The notes below the pieces were generated by a model that made no database searches, had not been told where the DNA came from, and worked only from the letters and a program-made list of their open reading frames with translations. A DNA stretch of 64,000 nucleotides from Diplonema japonicum (taxonomy: Eukaryota > Protista > Euglenozoa: Diplonemea), in contig OZ025691.1 of NCBI GenBank assembly GCA_964019335.1, positions 1-64,000 on the forward strand, in the 5' to 3' direction. This document shows, piece after piece, positions 1-11,240 of the stretch. Made by a program: the position numbers and the translations under genes. Position 1 is the stretch's first letter; the number at the start of each line of letters is the position of its first letter.

Positions 1-251
1 CGCATGTGGCTGTTGACACTGAACCCAAGTCAGAAGGTCAAGCTGGAGAGGAACATTCTCCTATCCACTGCGGCAGGAAAGCAAGCGGACAAGGCGACGC
101 TGACTTCTCGCCCTTCGGGTATTTCTTTGATTTCATTTTCAAAATAGAAAAAATCACAGTTTCGAGTCCCTCACAGCACTGATGGCTGACGTGAAACCCG
201 AGTAAAAATATTCGAAACATACATGAAAACGACACGAACGAAAATTCGTAA

Positions 252-324
252 GCGAGGTTGGCGCAGTCGGCAGCGCGTAGGTCTCATAATCCTAAGGTCG
301 TCAGTTCGATCCTGGCACCTCGCA
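252..324 (+). tRNA. tRNA-Met(CAT), elongator type
   Basis: Acceptor GCGAGGT/ACCTCGC+A, anticodon arm TAGGT-CTCATAA-TCCTA (U31-U39 mismatch typical of eukaryotic elongator Met), T-loop GTTCGATC, followed by a T-run. Confidence 0.95.
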
Positions 325-437
325 TTTTTTAACCCTCATTTCTCTGAAGAGTATGTCAAGTCAAAAAAGAGACCTGCATTCAAATACTTTCTGATCACCC
401 ACCAGGCAACTTCTGTGTGACCTTTGTTTTGTTTTTT

Positions 438-975
438 TTTTTATTTCACTCTTCGTCATTTTCTTCACTCACTAGGGGCCTCATTATTTAACGCGAAATC
501 GCCATTATTTAACTAGTTAAATAATGAGATTTTGCAGTTAAATAATGGCCCTTTAGAGTGGAAAAATGAGTCTCGCCGTGGAAAAAAATGCACCCAACCC
601 CTTGAAAAATTTTTTTGGGGTGGGCGTATTTTGACTATTTTTGGCCATCTGAGGCCATTCCAGCCCTTAAAAGTGGGAATAAGTGCCTTACTTCCCCTTT
701 AAATGCTACGGCGAAATAGCAACCCCATATTACCTTAGGAAAATCCCCAAAAAGGCTGACCCGCGTGAAAAAAAACAGCAGTGAAAGCAGTGAAGAGTGA
801 GTGACTCAAATGACGAAGAGTGAAATAAAACGACTTACTTGCCGCCAAATGAGCCATTATTTAACTCTCGTTACCCGTTTTTTTGCACTCGGGCCCTGCG
901 GGCCCTTGTGCAAAAAATTCGAGAACTCGAGTTAAATAATGACTCATAATTTGTTGGCAATAAATAGTTATTTCT
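438..975. mobile_element. Non-autonomous double-hairpin element (Crypton-like), copy 1
   Basis: Inverted repeat TTTTATTTCACTCTTCGTCATTT (438) / AAATGACGAAGAGTGAAATAAAA (808-830), then a second palindrome centred on CACTCGGGCCCTGCGGGCCCTTGTG. Same architecture as 55660-55945. Family assignment is recall of motif resemblance only. Confidence 0.5.
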
Positions 976-1158
976 TTTTCTTCTCTTCCTGTAACTTAAA
1001 ATTCTCAGTTCTCGTAAACAAAACCATATACATAAGGTGCTTGACATACTACAGAGATATGAGGGGTTTTACCACAATCGTTTGTTCTCTGGCTTCCCCT
1101 CTTTTTTTTTTTTCTTTTTTTCCTTTCTTTTTTTTTTTTTTCTCCCGAGGAGCAAAAG

Positions 1159-1454
1159 AACAGAGTAACTTTAAGTTTGGTTCGACCACGCTTGAGGAAA
1201 AATAGTTTGAAATCTATATTTTGAAAAAGTTTGCGATACCCCCCGTTTAGCCTAACTTTCTAAAGTTTCATCTATCTAGCCACTGACTCCTTTATAAGTT
1301 AAGGTTCTAATGCAGGTTTTTCCAAATAAAATTTTTTATTTAAGCTTGGAGGGGTCTCACAAAGTTAGGCTAAAAACCAACCTATCTAGGGTAAACGGTG
1401 GATAAATAAAAGTTAGGGTAATGGTGCAACACGTAAACTTAAAGTTACCCTGTT
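1159..1454. mobile_element. MITE with ~20-bp terminal inverted repeats
   Basis: AACAGAGTAACTTTAAGTTT ... AAACTTAAAGTTACCCTGTT. The same right end recurs at ~21847-21866. Confidence 0.6.
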
Positions 1455-2411
1455 GGTTTCTCTTTTTTTTTTTCTCTTTTTTTTCTCTCTCTCTCCTTTT
1501 CAGCTGAAATCCTTTCGCTTTGTTCTCTTTCGACCGGAAGTGGGTACGATGTTGTTGTGACCAAGCAAAGCTTTATATTCGGTAATTTCTTTATTTGCCG
1601 TATGTGGGTCTCCTGTAGGGTAACTTCTCTATACTGTTATCACTAACCGTGGGGGGAAGGGGGGGGGTGGGGTGGGGGAGAAAAGGTTGCTCCTTTATCG
1701 TGGATGGCTTGAAGAAAACAAAAGCCATCTTTGCCGTCGCAAAAAAAGGGGGGGGGGGGGTGAACATGAAAGACTTTCAAAGTAAAAGGAAGTGAGTTAA
1801 AAAAAATGTGTCAATAAGGGGGGGGGGGAAATAATCTTGCCATGGGATGCCGTACCAGCCTTCCAAAAAAAAAAAAAAAAAACTCGTTTTGCTCCCCCCC
1901 AATTTCGGCTATGCCAATGATTTCAAGAAGAAGAAGAAAAAAAAAGAAAAAAAAAAAAAAGAAAAAAAAAACCATAACGTGGACATGCCTTCCTTCCATT
2001 TTCTTCCACTTTTTTTTTATATCCCCTGCCTGGGATTATTACTGGCCCTTATGGCCGGTAGGTGCAGTTGTTAAATTAGCCAATTTTAGCACGGTCAAAA
2101 GTTATTCTTCTATTATTATTCTTTTTTTTTTTTTTTTTTTCTTTTATGAGCGAACGGAACTATGGCTTTCAAAAGAAAGGAAAAAAAGAAAAAAGAAAAA
2201 AAAAGCCACAAAAAAAAGGGGGGATTGGGGTGACTTTCTTCGTTCGAGGGAGGGGTATTTGTTGGTTACCTTTTTTTTTTCCCCATCCCCATTTTTTTCT
2301 CTTTTTTTTTTTTTTGTGCCATAACTTTTTATTTGTTCGGTCCGCTACCTGTGCTGCATTGCAATAACTCACAGGATTTATGCTCCTTCATAACTGGAAA
2401 AAAAAAGAAGG

Positions 2412-2444
<33 letters not shown>

Positions 2445-2805
2445 GAGTTGAGAAAATCATCGGTTGCCCTTCCCTCCCCTTATTCCTCTTTTTGCACAGG
2501 CTGTGAATACTTTTCTTAATATCAAGTATGCAGAGGTTACCCCGTTTATTTTTTACCCTCCCCCTTCTCTACTGAGCGCTTGGCGCTGGGAAAAAAAAAA
2601 AAAAAAAAAAAAAAATAGTACAACCCCTCCAAAAAAAAAAAAAGAAACAATAACCGAACGAAGGTGCGATATCCCTTCTCCTCCCCCTTTTTTTTTCCCC
2701 TTCCCTTTCGCGATCTATCTTGGGTGAATAAAAGAAATTTGGGGGGAAAAAAATTGAGGACTGATAGGTTTTCCATAAACCCTGAATACGACTCTGTGTA
2801 CGGCC

Positions 2806-2846
<41 letters not shown>

Positions 2847-3074
2847 AGAGAAGAAGAAAAAAAAGTGCAAATAATATATCTCAAACACACTCACAGAAAT
2901 CTTTTTATTTTTCTTCCTTGGCTTACGCCACAAATCTCTAAACCCATCATCAAGCAGAGAAAATTGCTATTGTGATCAAATCTGAAGTGGAGGTAAAAGC
3001 CCGCAAGAGCTTTTGCCCTACAAAACTGTCTCGAAAAGATGTGTGCTTGTTGGGGTTTAGGATATTTCCCCTAG

Positions 3075-3279
3075 CCCTTATGCGCCCAAGGGGGGATTGA
3101 TTTTTGAATTTTCCCGATTTTGTGCCCTTATCGGCATGGAACCGAACACCAGGTTATTTGCCGCTAACCCACTTCGTTTCCTATCATAGTGATTTTTTTT
3201 TTTCTTCTTTTTTTTTAGATCTGAGCTGAAAGATATTCGAAATCTACTTCTACACAAGCAGGTTGTGGACGCATAAGGG
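3075..3279. mobile_element. Possible piggyBac-type MITE
   Basis: CCCTTATGCGCCCA ... TGGACGCATAAGGG imperfect TIR. The flanks (CTAG/TTTA) are not a clean TTAA duplication. Confidence 0.35.
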
Positions 3280-3894
3280 TTTAAAAAAAAAAAAGAATAA
3301 AAAGAAGAAAAAAAAAGAAAAAGCAGAAGGAAGAAATAAGAAAAATGCAGCCCCCCTTCCTCTTTACCCATAGAACGAAAGAAAAAAATTGAAATTTGAA
3401 CTAACCAGCCTACCGACCGTTACCCCCTTCCCAGCTCCCCTTTTCACCACTGTCTGCTTGCTTTGCTTGCATCCCCCCCCCAAAAAAAACGGATTTTAAG
3501 TCACGTGCCTCTGCCAAAGAAGGTACTCATTTGGCGAGGGAGATTTATTTATTTTTTTTTTTGAAAGAAAGGCAGACACAGGCAAACAAACAATATTTTT
3601 TTTTGTCCTTTTTTTTTAATTTTTTTATAGACATAATCATCCTTCAAAACCCTTTATTCATTTTTAATCGAGAACAGCAAAACGGAAAAAAAAAAAAAAA
3701 AAAAGAACAAAAAAGAAACCGAAGGGCTATTCTTTTACAAGATCTGCACCACCACCACCACCACCTTTTGTACCACACGTAGTAATTGCCCCCCCCCCCC
3801 CCCCCCCCACCCGAGTCCAGTGCTCAGATAGTTTATGCCTAGTGGCTGTGCTAGCTGTTCTTTGGACCTTCTTGTGACAGCGAAACCATCACAT

Positions 3895-3927
<33 letters not shown>

Positions 3928-4357
3928 AAAAACTATTCGTAGATGACATGTAGTTAAGTTACATCATGTCCCACCCAGCTTCTTTCAAACTCCGGTAGTG
4001 CGCCACAGCCAAACTAGCGCCAGAAAATTGTTCCCCCTCCTCAGCAGCTGGGCTGGAAAAGCACATCCCCCCCCCCCCCCCCCCCTTCTTATTTTTTTGC
4101 TCCAAAAAAAAACACACAATTGAGGGCCTGATGTCAGCTGCCGAAATTTCACGAGACCATCCTCCCACCCCCCCTTTTTTTTGTTCACGTAGCGCTACTT
4201 TTTTTCTTTTTTTTGTTCCCCTTGGTAGGTCGTTCGCTAACCCACCCTCCTGTTATTTTTAAAAAGTGATTTTTTTTTTTTTTTTTCCTTCACCACAATC
4301 AAATTGTACATAAGTTTTTAAGGGTTATGGGGTGACGGTCTTCTTCTTAAGAACAGG

Positions 4358-4391
<34 letters not shown>

Positions 4392-5347
4392 CACCACTCA
4401 ATCGTCACCGGTATTTCCCACCACCCAACCTGCTAAAAAAACTTTTAACCTCGGAATAACCTTACTTTTCCCTGTAGGTCCAGGGTACAACAGCCTATGG
4501 GTGTTTGCAACTTGCGATAACGGGCGTTATGTGCTATGCTGGAGAGGTCTCTCTTTCTTGTTTCTCCCCTCTTTATTTCGTTCTTTTCTTGGATACATAG
4601 TAAATAAAAATTTTTTTTCCTCCCTCTCTACCTCTTTGTTTCTTTTTCTTTTATCCATCTCCTCACACAACCATTGTCTCTATTCTTTTGCCCCCCCCCC
4701 CCATCCCATTTTTTTCGTTGGTGGGTGAGTCGGCTAGCACTTCTATCCCCATTATCGTGAAATATATATTTAAACCCCCCCCCCAAAAAAAGGGGGAGTA
4801 AAAATAAAGTGAACCTCAATAATCAAGAGGGGCAGAAGGGAGGGGGCGCGGGAGAAAAAAGAAATGGGGGTGTCTAAGCCGAGGGTGCATCGCCTTTTAT
4901 TGCACCTCTTTTTATTTTTATTTTTCTCCTTTTTTTTGTGCCTCCTTACCCTTACCGTCTTTGGACTAGTTTTTTTTTTTTTTCAATTGTGTAGTTGCAA
5001 AAAAAAAAAAAAAAAATTAAAAAAAAGAACTATTAAAGAAACGCACCATTACAGTCGCGTATCCGTTACCCGTCTCACCACCCCCTATCCCCCACATTTT
5101 TTCTTTTTTTTTTCTCTTTCAAATTCTCGGTCGTGTCCCCCCCCCCCCCCCCCCCCCCTCTTTACCACTTCATGTTTCTCTTCACCCCTACAAACTCGTT
5201 ATCTTTTTTAAAAAAAACAAAAAACAAAAACATTTGACAACCCCCCCCCCTTTTTTTCATCTCTTTTATTATTATTCTTCTTACGTCATCCTTGTCTCGC
5301 TTCAAAGAAAAAAAAAAAAAACCTGCCCTCCCAGTCTCCACACGCAA

Positions 5348-7042
5348 ATGAAAATGCAACAAGAAGTCATCAAGGATGTGGTGTGGACATGGGACGTGGA
5401 CAGCGCAGGGAAAATGCTCAACAAGGGAAAGCTGGTGTACTGTGGTGGGACGGTGCTGAACGATGTTGTGGCTGAGCAACAGAAAGACCAGCCGGATTTG
5501 CTGAGACTCCTGAACCTAGACGAGGTGGAGCACACCATCGACCTGATAGAATGGGACGGCAGGACTGATGTCAAAGCTGTTATGAAAAGGTGTATAAACG
5601 CAATCTGCCCTCACACAATATCGGTAGACAGCCCTGTGCACCAACGCCCCGTTCCCTTGAAGTGCCATGAATGTGATATCATGACAAACCTCTGGGCATG
5701 CCTTTCGTGTGGTTATGTGGGCTGCGGGCGGATCTCGTCTGGCGGGCACCCAAGCCATGGAGCCAATGGGCACGCCATCCTCCACTTCGCCGCCAACCCT
5801 GCGCACACCGTCTGCGTCAAGCTGGGCACCATCACGCCTAAGGACGCTGATCTGCATTGTTATTCATGTGACCAGTTGGTTCAGGTCGTCGGCCTCACCC
5901 GGCATCTGTTGAACATTGGCATTGACCGTGCCAAGCAGACGCAGACCGACCACCTCACCTGGGACTGGGGCGGAGTCGAGGTTCAGGACTCTCGAAAACA
6001 AGAGAACCTTGTTTCACTGATGTCGCTTTCACAGCAAACCGCGGTGCCCATCCTGCTGAGCCCCATCGCACGGCTGCCACACGAGATGCTTGTCGTCATC
6101 TTAGCGTGGATAGGACCAGCGTCCAGCATCGCCACCTTCGGGCTCGCCAGCAGGGCGTGCGCTAAGCTGATACGCTCGGCCTTCACGTCGTATCTCGACA
6201 CCCTCTCGCTGAAGGGCCAGCACAGCGACTCGTTCTTTGCGTGGAACAAGCCCCTCAACCTATGCACGCTGACAATGACAGGCTACACTCCTCGTGGCGG
6301 CTTTGCACTCCCCTTGCTGCACAACCTACGCATTGTTATGCTCGAAGGTGTGGGCTGGTGGGGCATGGCGGGCAACCTCCTTGGGAGCCTCGCGATGCTG
6401 CCCTGTCTAGAATCGCTCAGCTTCTCGGGTGGCGATCCTGGGCTGTGGGACGCACTGGCGGACCTCCCTGTGAGGTACCCCACTGTCACTGCCTTGGATG
6501 TGTCAAACATCAGCGTGCGTCCGGCAGGGCTGGAAACGCTGTTGGCGAAGTTCGAGAACCTTGAAGCCTTGCGTTTAACGCAGAGCTCAATCCCGTTCGG
6601 GGGCCACATAGAAGAGACAGTTGAAATATTTGAAATTTTAAAACGAAAGGTGCCAAGAATCAAAGTGTTGGAGTACGTCGGCTTGCCTGAGAGCGACGGG
6701 GTGGACAGTCGGGAGCCGTGTAGGAAGCTGCTTGACATGCCGTGTCTGGAGATCATAGTGTGCAGGTCGCTTGTGATCACACCAATGTTCCTTAGCTTCC
6801 TGCCGAGTGGGCTTCGCAGTTTGAAGGTCATCGACCTGCTCTCGTCTTCTGAAGGCGTCACGACTGATATCCTGAACGCGCTGCTTCTTGCCCTCCCTGA
6901 TCTTAAGATCTGCCCCAAATCCCACTTGAAGGCCTCTCTCCCTCCAGGAAGACTCATCACTCCTGTCACCTTACAACGTTATTTCCGCACCAGATACTTC
7001 AAACCCTACACGTCCACCGACACTGCCTCATGGGTTGTCTAG
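5348..7042 (+). CDS. ZnF-UBP (USP5/13-type) + F-box + LRR-like protein
   Basis: CHECDIMTNLWACLSCGYVGCGR...GANGHAILH...VKLGTITP..D.HCYSCD is the USP5 ZnF-UBP. IARLPHEMLVVILAWI...LASRAC is an F-box, followed by Leu-rich repeats. First ATG at 5348. Confidence 0.8.
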   Translation: MKMQQEVIKDVVWTWDVDSAGKMLNKGKLVYCGGTVLNDVVAEQQKDQPDLLRLLNLDEVEHTIDLIEWDGRTDVKAVMKRCINAICPHTISVDSPVHQRPVPLKCHECDIMTNLWACLSCGYVGCGRISSGGHPSHGANGHAILHFAANPAHTVCVKLGTITPKDADLHCYSCDQLVQVVGLTRHLLNIGIDRAKQTQTDHLTWDWGGVEVQDSRKQENLVSLMSLSQQTAVPILLSPIARLPHEMLVVILAWIGPASSIATFGLASRACAKLIRSAFTSYLDTLSLKGQHSDSFFAWNKPLNLCTLTMTGYTPRGGFALPLLHNLRIVMLEGVGWWGMAGNLLGSLAMLPCLESLSFSGGDPGLWDALADLPVRYPTVTALDVSNISVRPAGLETLLAKFENLEALRLTQSSIPFGGHIEETVEIFEILKRKVPRIKVLEYVGLPESDGVDSREPCRKLLDMPCLEIIVCRSLVITPMFLSFLPSGLRSLKVIDLLSSSEGVTTDILNALLLALPDLKICPKSHLKASLPPGRLITPVTLQRYFRTRYFKPYTSTDTASWVV

Positions 7043-7133
7043 CATTGTCTTGCCCCTTTACACTTTATCGCACTCCTTGTTCACCAAGTATTAGCACTTA
7101 AGGAACTGGTTGAAGGTTATAATAAAATGCAAT

Positions 7134-9221
7134 ATGGACCTTCGAAACCAAACATGTTGTTTGAAAGTTGACCTGAGAAATTTCAGGCTGAGGGGGCTGA
7201 GGTCTGTTGGGCACTCGAAACAGCGCAGGGTATGGGTGAAGGGTGCGTTTGATGGAAGGAGTCTGGAGACAAAAGAGTTCCACTTGCCCATCGATCCTGT
7301 GTGGGATGATGAGTTCAGGTTCCACCACGAAGTGACGGGGGGTCTTGGGGATAGATACTTGTCGCTTGAGGTGTTTGTAGAGGAGTACCCCCACAGAGGG
7401 GTCATGGGCCGTGCCGAGGTTGATCTCCACGCGTTAGTCACGCAACGGCCGTACCACGAGCTCCGTGTCACGACCCCAGATCACGACGATTTTGGTGTCT
7501 TGACCTTTGAAGCAAACGTGGAGGAAGAGACGCTAGTAGAGATCCGTTTCAAGACGATCACGGCACGCGTGAGTCCCCCCCTCTACAATTCCACGCCTTA
7601 CTATCTGTCATACAATGTAGTTACGGACACGCAAGCCCCCGTCGAGAGCGACCTCTCGTACTGTGACAGAGGCCTGTTGACATGGACACATCCCCCGCAG
7701 TTACTGGTGCTCACCACTATGAACGAATTACACGGCAACAAGGTGCGGTTCAGGGTGAGTGATGGGCCTTCGGAAGCGTCTGGTTTTGATGTCCACCTCA
7801 GCGAAATCCTAAGCCGCTACCACGGGGGCACCATGCACACGGCAACCGTCACCTGCTGTATGGTGGGCGACTGCGGGTACGTGGAGGTGGTTGTAGAGCT
7901 GTACGGACTGCCAACTTTATCACAGCCTCTTCACGGCAGTCCACGACGAGGTGTACCGCTCCCAGCATCACACTCCAGAAGGTCCCCCAGAAGGTCGCCA
8001 ACAAGACATGAGGGGCATTATCTGCCGGACTATGAAAGGCATCACGAAGGCTATCGCGAAGGCAGTCCCACACTCATCAACAAGTCAGTGCGCAAGGTGA
8101 GAGACCGCCTTACTGACCAGCTGACGTATCTCCGCCACCACCCACGCGACGTTCACAGACAGCGCCTCCACAACGCCTCAGAGTACAGCGCCCTTGGACA
8201 CTCGCATTCTGCCCGCAGTGTGCCTGCCAGGCACACGTACTCCCCCACCACTTCCCCCATGCGTGATCGGTCTCCAGTGCGCGATATACATCGGGCAGGG
8301 GCTCCTCTTGCAGCGACCATCCCTTCTAGAAGGCTGGAAGAGGCAAGGCGTAAGGACCAAGCGTTCCACAGGATAGATGTCCCACGCACACCTCCCGGGG
8401 GCGACAGGATCGCGAGGTTGGAGGACGAGATCATCAGAATGGAGGAGATGATCAGGAACAACCACAAGCACATCAACAGCATGCTAGACACGCAGACGTT
8501 GCCGGGGTCGGATTACAACAACGCGGTGGGCGGGGGGCACAGCAAAGGGGAGAAGCCAGACAGGGTAAAGCCAGACAGGGCAAAGAACTTGACGCCAATG
8601 AGGTCGTCACCAACACGCATGAGGGACGAGATGCCGGAAGTGGTGAACGTACAGGAGGCGGACACTACGGTGAGACTAGGAAAGGAAGACGTGATGCTTG
8701 GCGTGGCAGGAGTGGAATACTATGGGCATGGAGTGGTGGAGCTCATGGAGAAGTGCTATGAGGGTGACGTGAGGTTCATCAGAAAGTACTTCAGATCATT
8801 CAAAGGAAGTAGTGTGGTGAGCAGGTTTTTCACGCCACTGCACGCAGTGTGCAAAGGGTCTGCACACCCTGAGGCGGTCAAGATCTTGCTGGATGTGGGG
8901 TTCGACTCCAATGCTGTGAGCTCTACTTCTTCGACACCTTTGCACCTCCTCTGCAGCAACCCTAACCCCTCGCTTGAGGCTTTGTCCCTTCTTCTCCAGC
9001 ACGGCGCTTCTCCTTCTTCTTACAACAGTCTTGGCATGTCGCCACTCCACCTTGCTGCACAGAACCCCTCCTCTGCCTTGAAGCTCCTTCGCTTCCTCAT
9101 CTATCAAGGCAGTGCTGACATCAACCAGCCCACTGAAGACGGACGCAGCTGCCTTCAGCTCTGTCCCTCCTACTCCCACCCGGAGATACATACCTTCCTC
9201 AAAGAGGGCGGTGCAAGGTGA
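7134..9221 (+). CDS. C2-domain / ankyrin-repeat protein
   Basis: N-terminal C2-like (DPVWDDEFRF...MGRAEVDL), Ser/Arg/Pro-rich middle, C-terminal TPLH ankyrin repeats. Confidence 0.8.
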   Translation: MDLRNQTCCLKVDLRNFRLRGLRSVGHSKQRRVWVKGAFDGRSLETKEFHLPIDPVWDDEFRFHHEVTGGLGDRYLSLEVFVEEYPHRGVMGRAEVDLHALVTQRPYHELRVTTPDHDDFGVLTFEANVEEETLVEIRFKTITARVSPPLYNSTPYYLSYNVVTDTQAPVESDLSYCDRGLLTWTHPPQLLVLTTMNELHGNKVRFRVSDGPSEASGFDVHLSEILSRYHGGTMHTATVTCCMVGDCGYVEVVVELYGLPTLSQPLHGSPRRGVPLPASHSRRSPRRSPTRHEGHYLPDYERHHEGYREGSPTLINKSVRKVRDRLTDQLTYLRHHPRDVHRQRLHNASEYSALGHSHSARSVPARHTYSPTTSPMRDRSPVRDIHRAGAPLAATIPSRRLEEARRKDQAFHRIDVPRTPPGGDRIARLEDEIIRMEEMIRNNHKHINSMLDTQTLPGSDYNNAVGGGHSKGEKPDRVKPDRAKNLTPMRSSPTRMRDEMPEVVNVQEADTTVRLGKEDVMLGVAGVEYYGHGVVELMEKCYEGDVRFIRKYFRSFKGSSVVSRFFTPLHAVCKGSAHPEAVKILLDVGFDSNAVSSTSSTPLHLLCSNPNPSLEALSLLLQHGASPSSYNSLGMSPLHLAAQNPSSALKLLRFLIYQGSADINQPTEDGRSCLQLCPSYSHPEIHTFLKEGGAR

Positions 9222-9861
9222 CATTGCTCACCCAATCTTTTTTTGTATTAACAATAGTATATTACATCAGTACTAAAAACTATTCGTTGGCGGGTGCAGA
9301 TGGGATTTTATACAGAGAGATGTTTTTTATATTGTCGCTCTTTGGAATTACGCTGGTGCACACAAAGCAAAACAAGTGCCGGAATAGTTTTTTTTTTTTT
9401 GTTCTTTTCTTTTTTTTTTTTACTGTGTTTTTATTTTCTATTCCTTTGTTATCCCCCATGACCCCCCTCCCTTAACCCTCAACTTGTAAAGTATCACCCC
9501 CGAATTTTTTTTCTTTTCTTTTCTTCTGGAGAAAATTTCTGAATAGTAAGTTTATTTTGTACTTTGTTTACCTGCGGGGGGGGGGGGGGGATCTTTTTTT
9601 TTTAAAAAAACCAACGGGTTTAGGTTTTTTTTTTTGCCCGGTTGTTCACAGTTTGTGAAACGTTCCCCCGATAGCCTGTTCCAAAGTTCCCAAAGTAGAA
9701 ACTCTTCACGGTTTATAGCTCAGACTGTAGATCTCATTTTCCGAGAAGTCTGACCCTGCTGCCCGAGTGTGAGGTCAAACCTGTGTGTTTTGAAACTTGA
9801 ATCATGACCGGGGCAAGACTGCTCCGATTCCCCCCCCCCCCCCCCCCCCCCCCCCCCACTA

Positions 9862-9941
9862 GGGCTATGCTGGCATGGAAACGCGTTTCCATGCATTTTT
9901 TGAAAAGTATGGAAACGGAAACGTTTCTGCCAGCATAGCCC
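9862..9941. mobile_element. MITE family B (TIR GGGCTATGCTGGCA), 80-bp copy
   Basis: Perfect TIRs, TA on both sides. Related copies at 24531 and 56800. Confidence 0.8.
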
Positions 9942-9943
9942 TA

Positions 9944-10568
9944 GGGGGGGTCACATGGGGGTGGTAAAGTGGGTTTTTTCAAATTCGGAAATGCAGAACA
10001 CTGGAGCCGCTTAAACCATGTAAAACGCCCCTTCCTCGACCAAAAAATCGATTTCCGCCCGGTACTTTTTACTTTTGGGCACCTACAAAGCATTATTTTG
10101 CATTTTTAAAACTGGTGACCACGGTTTGGTACCTGGCCTGTTGTCTCCCCTGTAGTTTCTGAGTTTTCTGAAAATTTTAGAATTTGACCATGGTTTGTTC
10201 CACCCTTTGAACGCGGCTCTTTAGGACGCCGCTACCGTTTGAACGGCAGAGTACTGTCTTACATTGTCCGATTGTGAACTTTTCTGTGTTTTGCGCGGCA
10301 TTTCTGATGAATATCTATCATTTTCCCGAGGTTAGGATGGTAAGTTTGTTTTTGCAAATATTTCAGGTACCAAACCGTGGTCACTGTTTTTCAAAAATAC
10401 AGATAAAGCATTAACAGCTGCTCAGAAATGCTCTAATCCGGCGAATTTTGATTTTTTGGTTAATTTGGAGGGTATTGGGCGGTTTTTTTTTACCTTAGGG
10501 GAAATAATTTTAAAAAACTTTTTTTTTTCACGTTTAACCACGTTTTTTAGGACCATGTGACCCCCCCC
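9944..10568. mobile_element. MITE family A ([18 protein letters not shown]), ~625 bp
   Basis: TIRs plus TA flanks. Near-identical inverted copy at 56185-56797 and a deleted copy at 25130-25442. Confidence 0.85.
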
Positions 10569-10685
10569 TACCCCCCCCACCACACAACTGTAATACAACT
10601 TAGGTAAAGAGGGGGACTACCCCCCCTTTTTTTTCTCTTTTGCTTTTTTTCTTTTTTTTCCGTTGTAAGAAAAAAAAAAAGAAAA

Positions 10686-11084
10686 ATGTCGGTGAAATTT
10701 TGCAAGCAGTGCAACAACATGTTGTACCCCAAGGATAACAGGAGAGAGCGAGAGCTGTACTTTCAGTGCAGGAAGTGCAGGCGGACGGAATTGGTGGAAG
10801 ACCGCAAGTACTGTGTGTACAAGAACGTGATCAAGAGAGAAATTAACATGAAGATTTTGGAATCTGTGCTGAATTTAAAAGCCTACACCGAGGACCCTTC
10901 CCTACCAAAGACAAGGATGCGGCCATGCCCGAACTGCGATGACCGTGAGGCGGTGTTCTTCATGAACCCCATTCAGATGAAAGATGATGACATCCAACTG
11001 TACTTCACTTGCTTGGGTTGTAAACACTCGTGGGTGGACGATGTTCGAGAAAAGAAGGAGGCCGCCAAAGAAGTAAAAGAATAG
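10686..11084 (+). CDS. RPB9: RNA polymerase II subunit RPB9
   Basis: FCKQCNNMLYPK zinc ribbon, DPSLPKT..CPNC...EAVFF...LYFTC..C.HSW. Confidence 0.95.
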   Translation: MSVKFCKQCNNMLYPKDNRRERELYFQCRKCRRTELVEDRKYCVYKNVIKREINMKILESVLNLKAYTEDPSLPKTRMRPCPNCDDREAVFFMNPIQMKDDDIQLYFTCLGCKHSWVDDVREKKEAAKEVKE

Positions 11085-11240
11085 AGAGGGTTCGAATTCT
11101 AAAATCAGTGTTTTTTTTTTTTTTCTACCCCCATTTTTTTTTTCCCCCGAGAAAAAAAAAAAAAAAAAAAAAAAAAAGTGTGTCTTCATTTCTTTAAGTA
11201 TCCCCCCCCCCCCCCCCCTCTCTCCCTTTTATTAATCTCA

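Noticed and set aside
1-147. SRP RNA-like GGAAAGCA motif or a partial CDS at the window start
   Set aside because: The helix-8 motif is incomplete. Frame 1 is open to 147 but too short to assign.
159-170. B-box-like GTTTCGAGTCCC
   Set aside because: No cloverleaf around it.
1460-5340. Many poly-Lys/poly-Phe ORFs (also 26500-27100 and 38240-40790)
   Set aside because: These are translations of A/T homopolymer spacers with no coding signal.
5234-5347. Extended N-termini in the ORF track (5234, 11178, 27042, 40565, 51253, 52376)
   Set aside because: They are non-ATG starts running through homopolymer UTRs. Downstream ATGs were used instead.
6283-6969. Long antisense ORFs over genes and the LINE (e.g. 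6283-6969, 42257-43030, 59045-59713)
   Set aside because: They are shadows of GC-rich sense coding sequence.
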